Assembly: GCA_045643185.1 (NCBI GenBank) | Contig: JAZUKH010000265.1 | Span: forward strand, 1 to 62,778 | DNA length: 62,778 nucleotides | Source: Myxococcota bacterium | GTDB lineage: Bacteria > Myxococcota_A > Bradymonadia > UBA4248 | Reading direction: 5' to 3' | Shown: piece by piece, positions 62,001-62,778 of the stretch | Numbering within the stretch: the first letter of the stretch is position 1 | Layout: each line of letters opens with the position of its first letter | Notes under the pieces: generated by a model | Database searches by the model: none | The model's input: only the letters and a program-made list of their open reading frames with translations | Told to the model about the DNA's origin: nothing | Translations under genes and position numbers: made by a program

Positions 62001-62670
62001 GGGCGAGCGCTTCTTCTTTGGTGAGGTAATGGACGTCGTTCGTGGCGATGAGCGGAATACCGAACTTTTTGGAGGCCTCTTTGTAGTATGCGTTGACCTG
62101 TTTTTGCATCGAAAACGAGTTGTCCATGAGTTCAAAATAGAACTGCCCGTCCTCGAACGTATCGCGCATGATCTTGATGAGCTCTTCGGTGTGCTCGTTG
62201 CGAATGACTGACTGCGCGAGCTCGCTGCCCAGGTCGCCCGAAAAGATCGTCAGACCGTCGGTGTGGCCCTTAAACCACGAAAAATCGATGGTACCGACGC
62301 CCGCCAGCGCGTTGTAACCGGCCTGTGATTTACTGTCGTATTCTTCAAGATGCGCCTTCGAGATCAAATAAAGCGCATTTTTATAGCCCTGAAGCGTGCG
62401 GCAAATGCCGGTCAGGTGATAGATCTTTTCCTGACCATTGGGATGGGCATGCGTGACGTTGAATTCACAGCCCAGGATCGGCTTGATCGACATGCCCTTG
62501 GACTGGTCGATGAAGTCGACGGCGCCGTGCATGACCCCGTGATCTGTCATGGCGACCGCTTTCACGCGTCGATTCCCGATTTCGGTGAGGAGCGGCTTGA
62601 TGCGGCAGGCCCCGTCCAGGATGCTGTAGACGGTGTGAACATGTAAATGGACGAAACCCGGTGTGGTCAT
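59056..62670 (-). CDS. dnaE: DNA polymerase III alpha subunit
   Basis: 1204 aa. PHP-domain start [16 protein letters not shown]. Polymerase core [42 protein letters not shown]. Confidence 0.95.
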   Translation of the reverse strand: [1204 protein letters not shown]

Positions 62671-62748
62671 GTGAAATTCTCAACCAATAAAGAATTGTGC
62701 AGAAACAGAGAAATGGCCGTGTCGTCGGGATGGCGTTTGGGATTTTGG

Positions 62749-62778
62749 GAGGGGGAAGTCTCCCCCTACGCGGCTATT
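62749..62778. repeat. REP-like element, copy 7 (reverse orientation), truncated by the window end
   Basis: GAGGGGGAAGTCTCCCCCTACGCGGCTATT, identical to the left arms of copies 2 and 3. Confidence 0.85.

Overview
62.8-kb chromosomal segment of a Gram-negative bacterium. By eye the backbone is about 50-55% GC, with visibly AT-richer patches. The gene content resembles Myxococcota/Bdellovibrionota-like lineages, but that taxon is only a guess. That content is many Cys-rich lipoproteins, thrombospondin-type-3 Ca-binding repeats, IPT/TIG proteins, a Ser/Thr kinase-STAND-TPR protein and RNase J. All domain calls come from reading motifs in the supplied translations; no searches were run.

Recognisable housekeeping genes are ribF, tRNA-Met(CAT), galU, rapZ, dapA, dapB, rnj, a CNNM/TlyC transporter and dnaE.

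Three things stand out:

1. **46.3-58.1 kb: best candidate for an undescribed system.** This is a tightly packed four-gene operon. It encodes a secreted vWA protein with a C-terminal membrane anchor, a 1188-aa protein with a clear tubulin/FtsZ-type GTPase head, and two large membrane proteins with no motif I can recognise.

2. **0.3-7.5 kb: a lower-GC defence-type pair.** It consists of a DUF499-like P-loop ATPase with an N-terminal HEPN R-x4-H head and a SNF2 helicase with a DUF3883-like tail. No methyltransferase is visible. Unusual inverted arrays of the heptamer AGGATTT/AAATCCT flank and separate the two genes.

3. **A family of GTAG-headed nested palindromic (REP-like) elements.** They have conserved termini and modular cores, and occupy at least seven intergenic sites, including one inside the candidate operon.

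Other points are in-frame near-perfect tandem duplications in Cys-rich lipoprotein genes, a 670-bp structured non-coding gap with terminator-like hairpins, and a truncated low-GC gene fragment.
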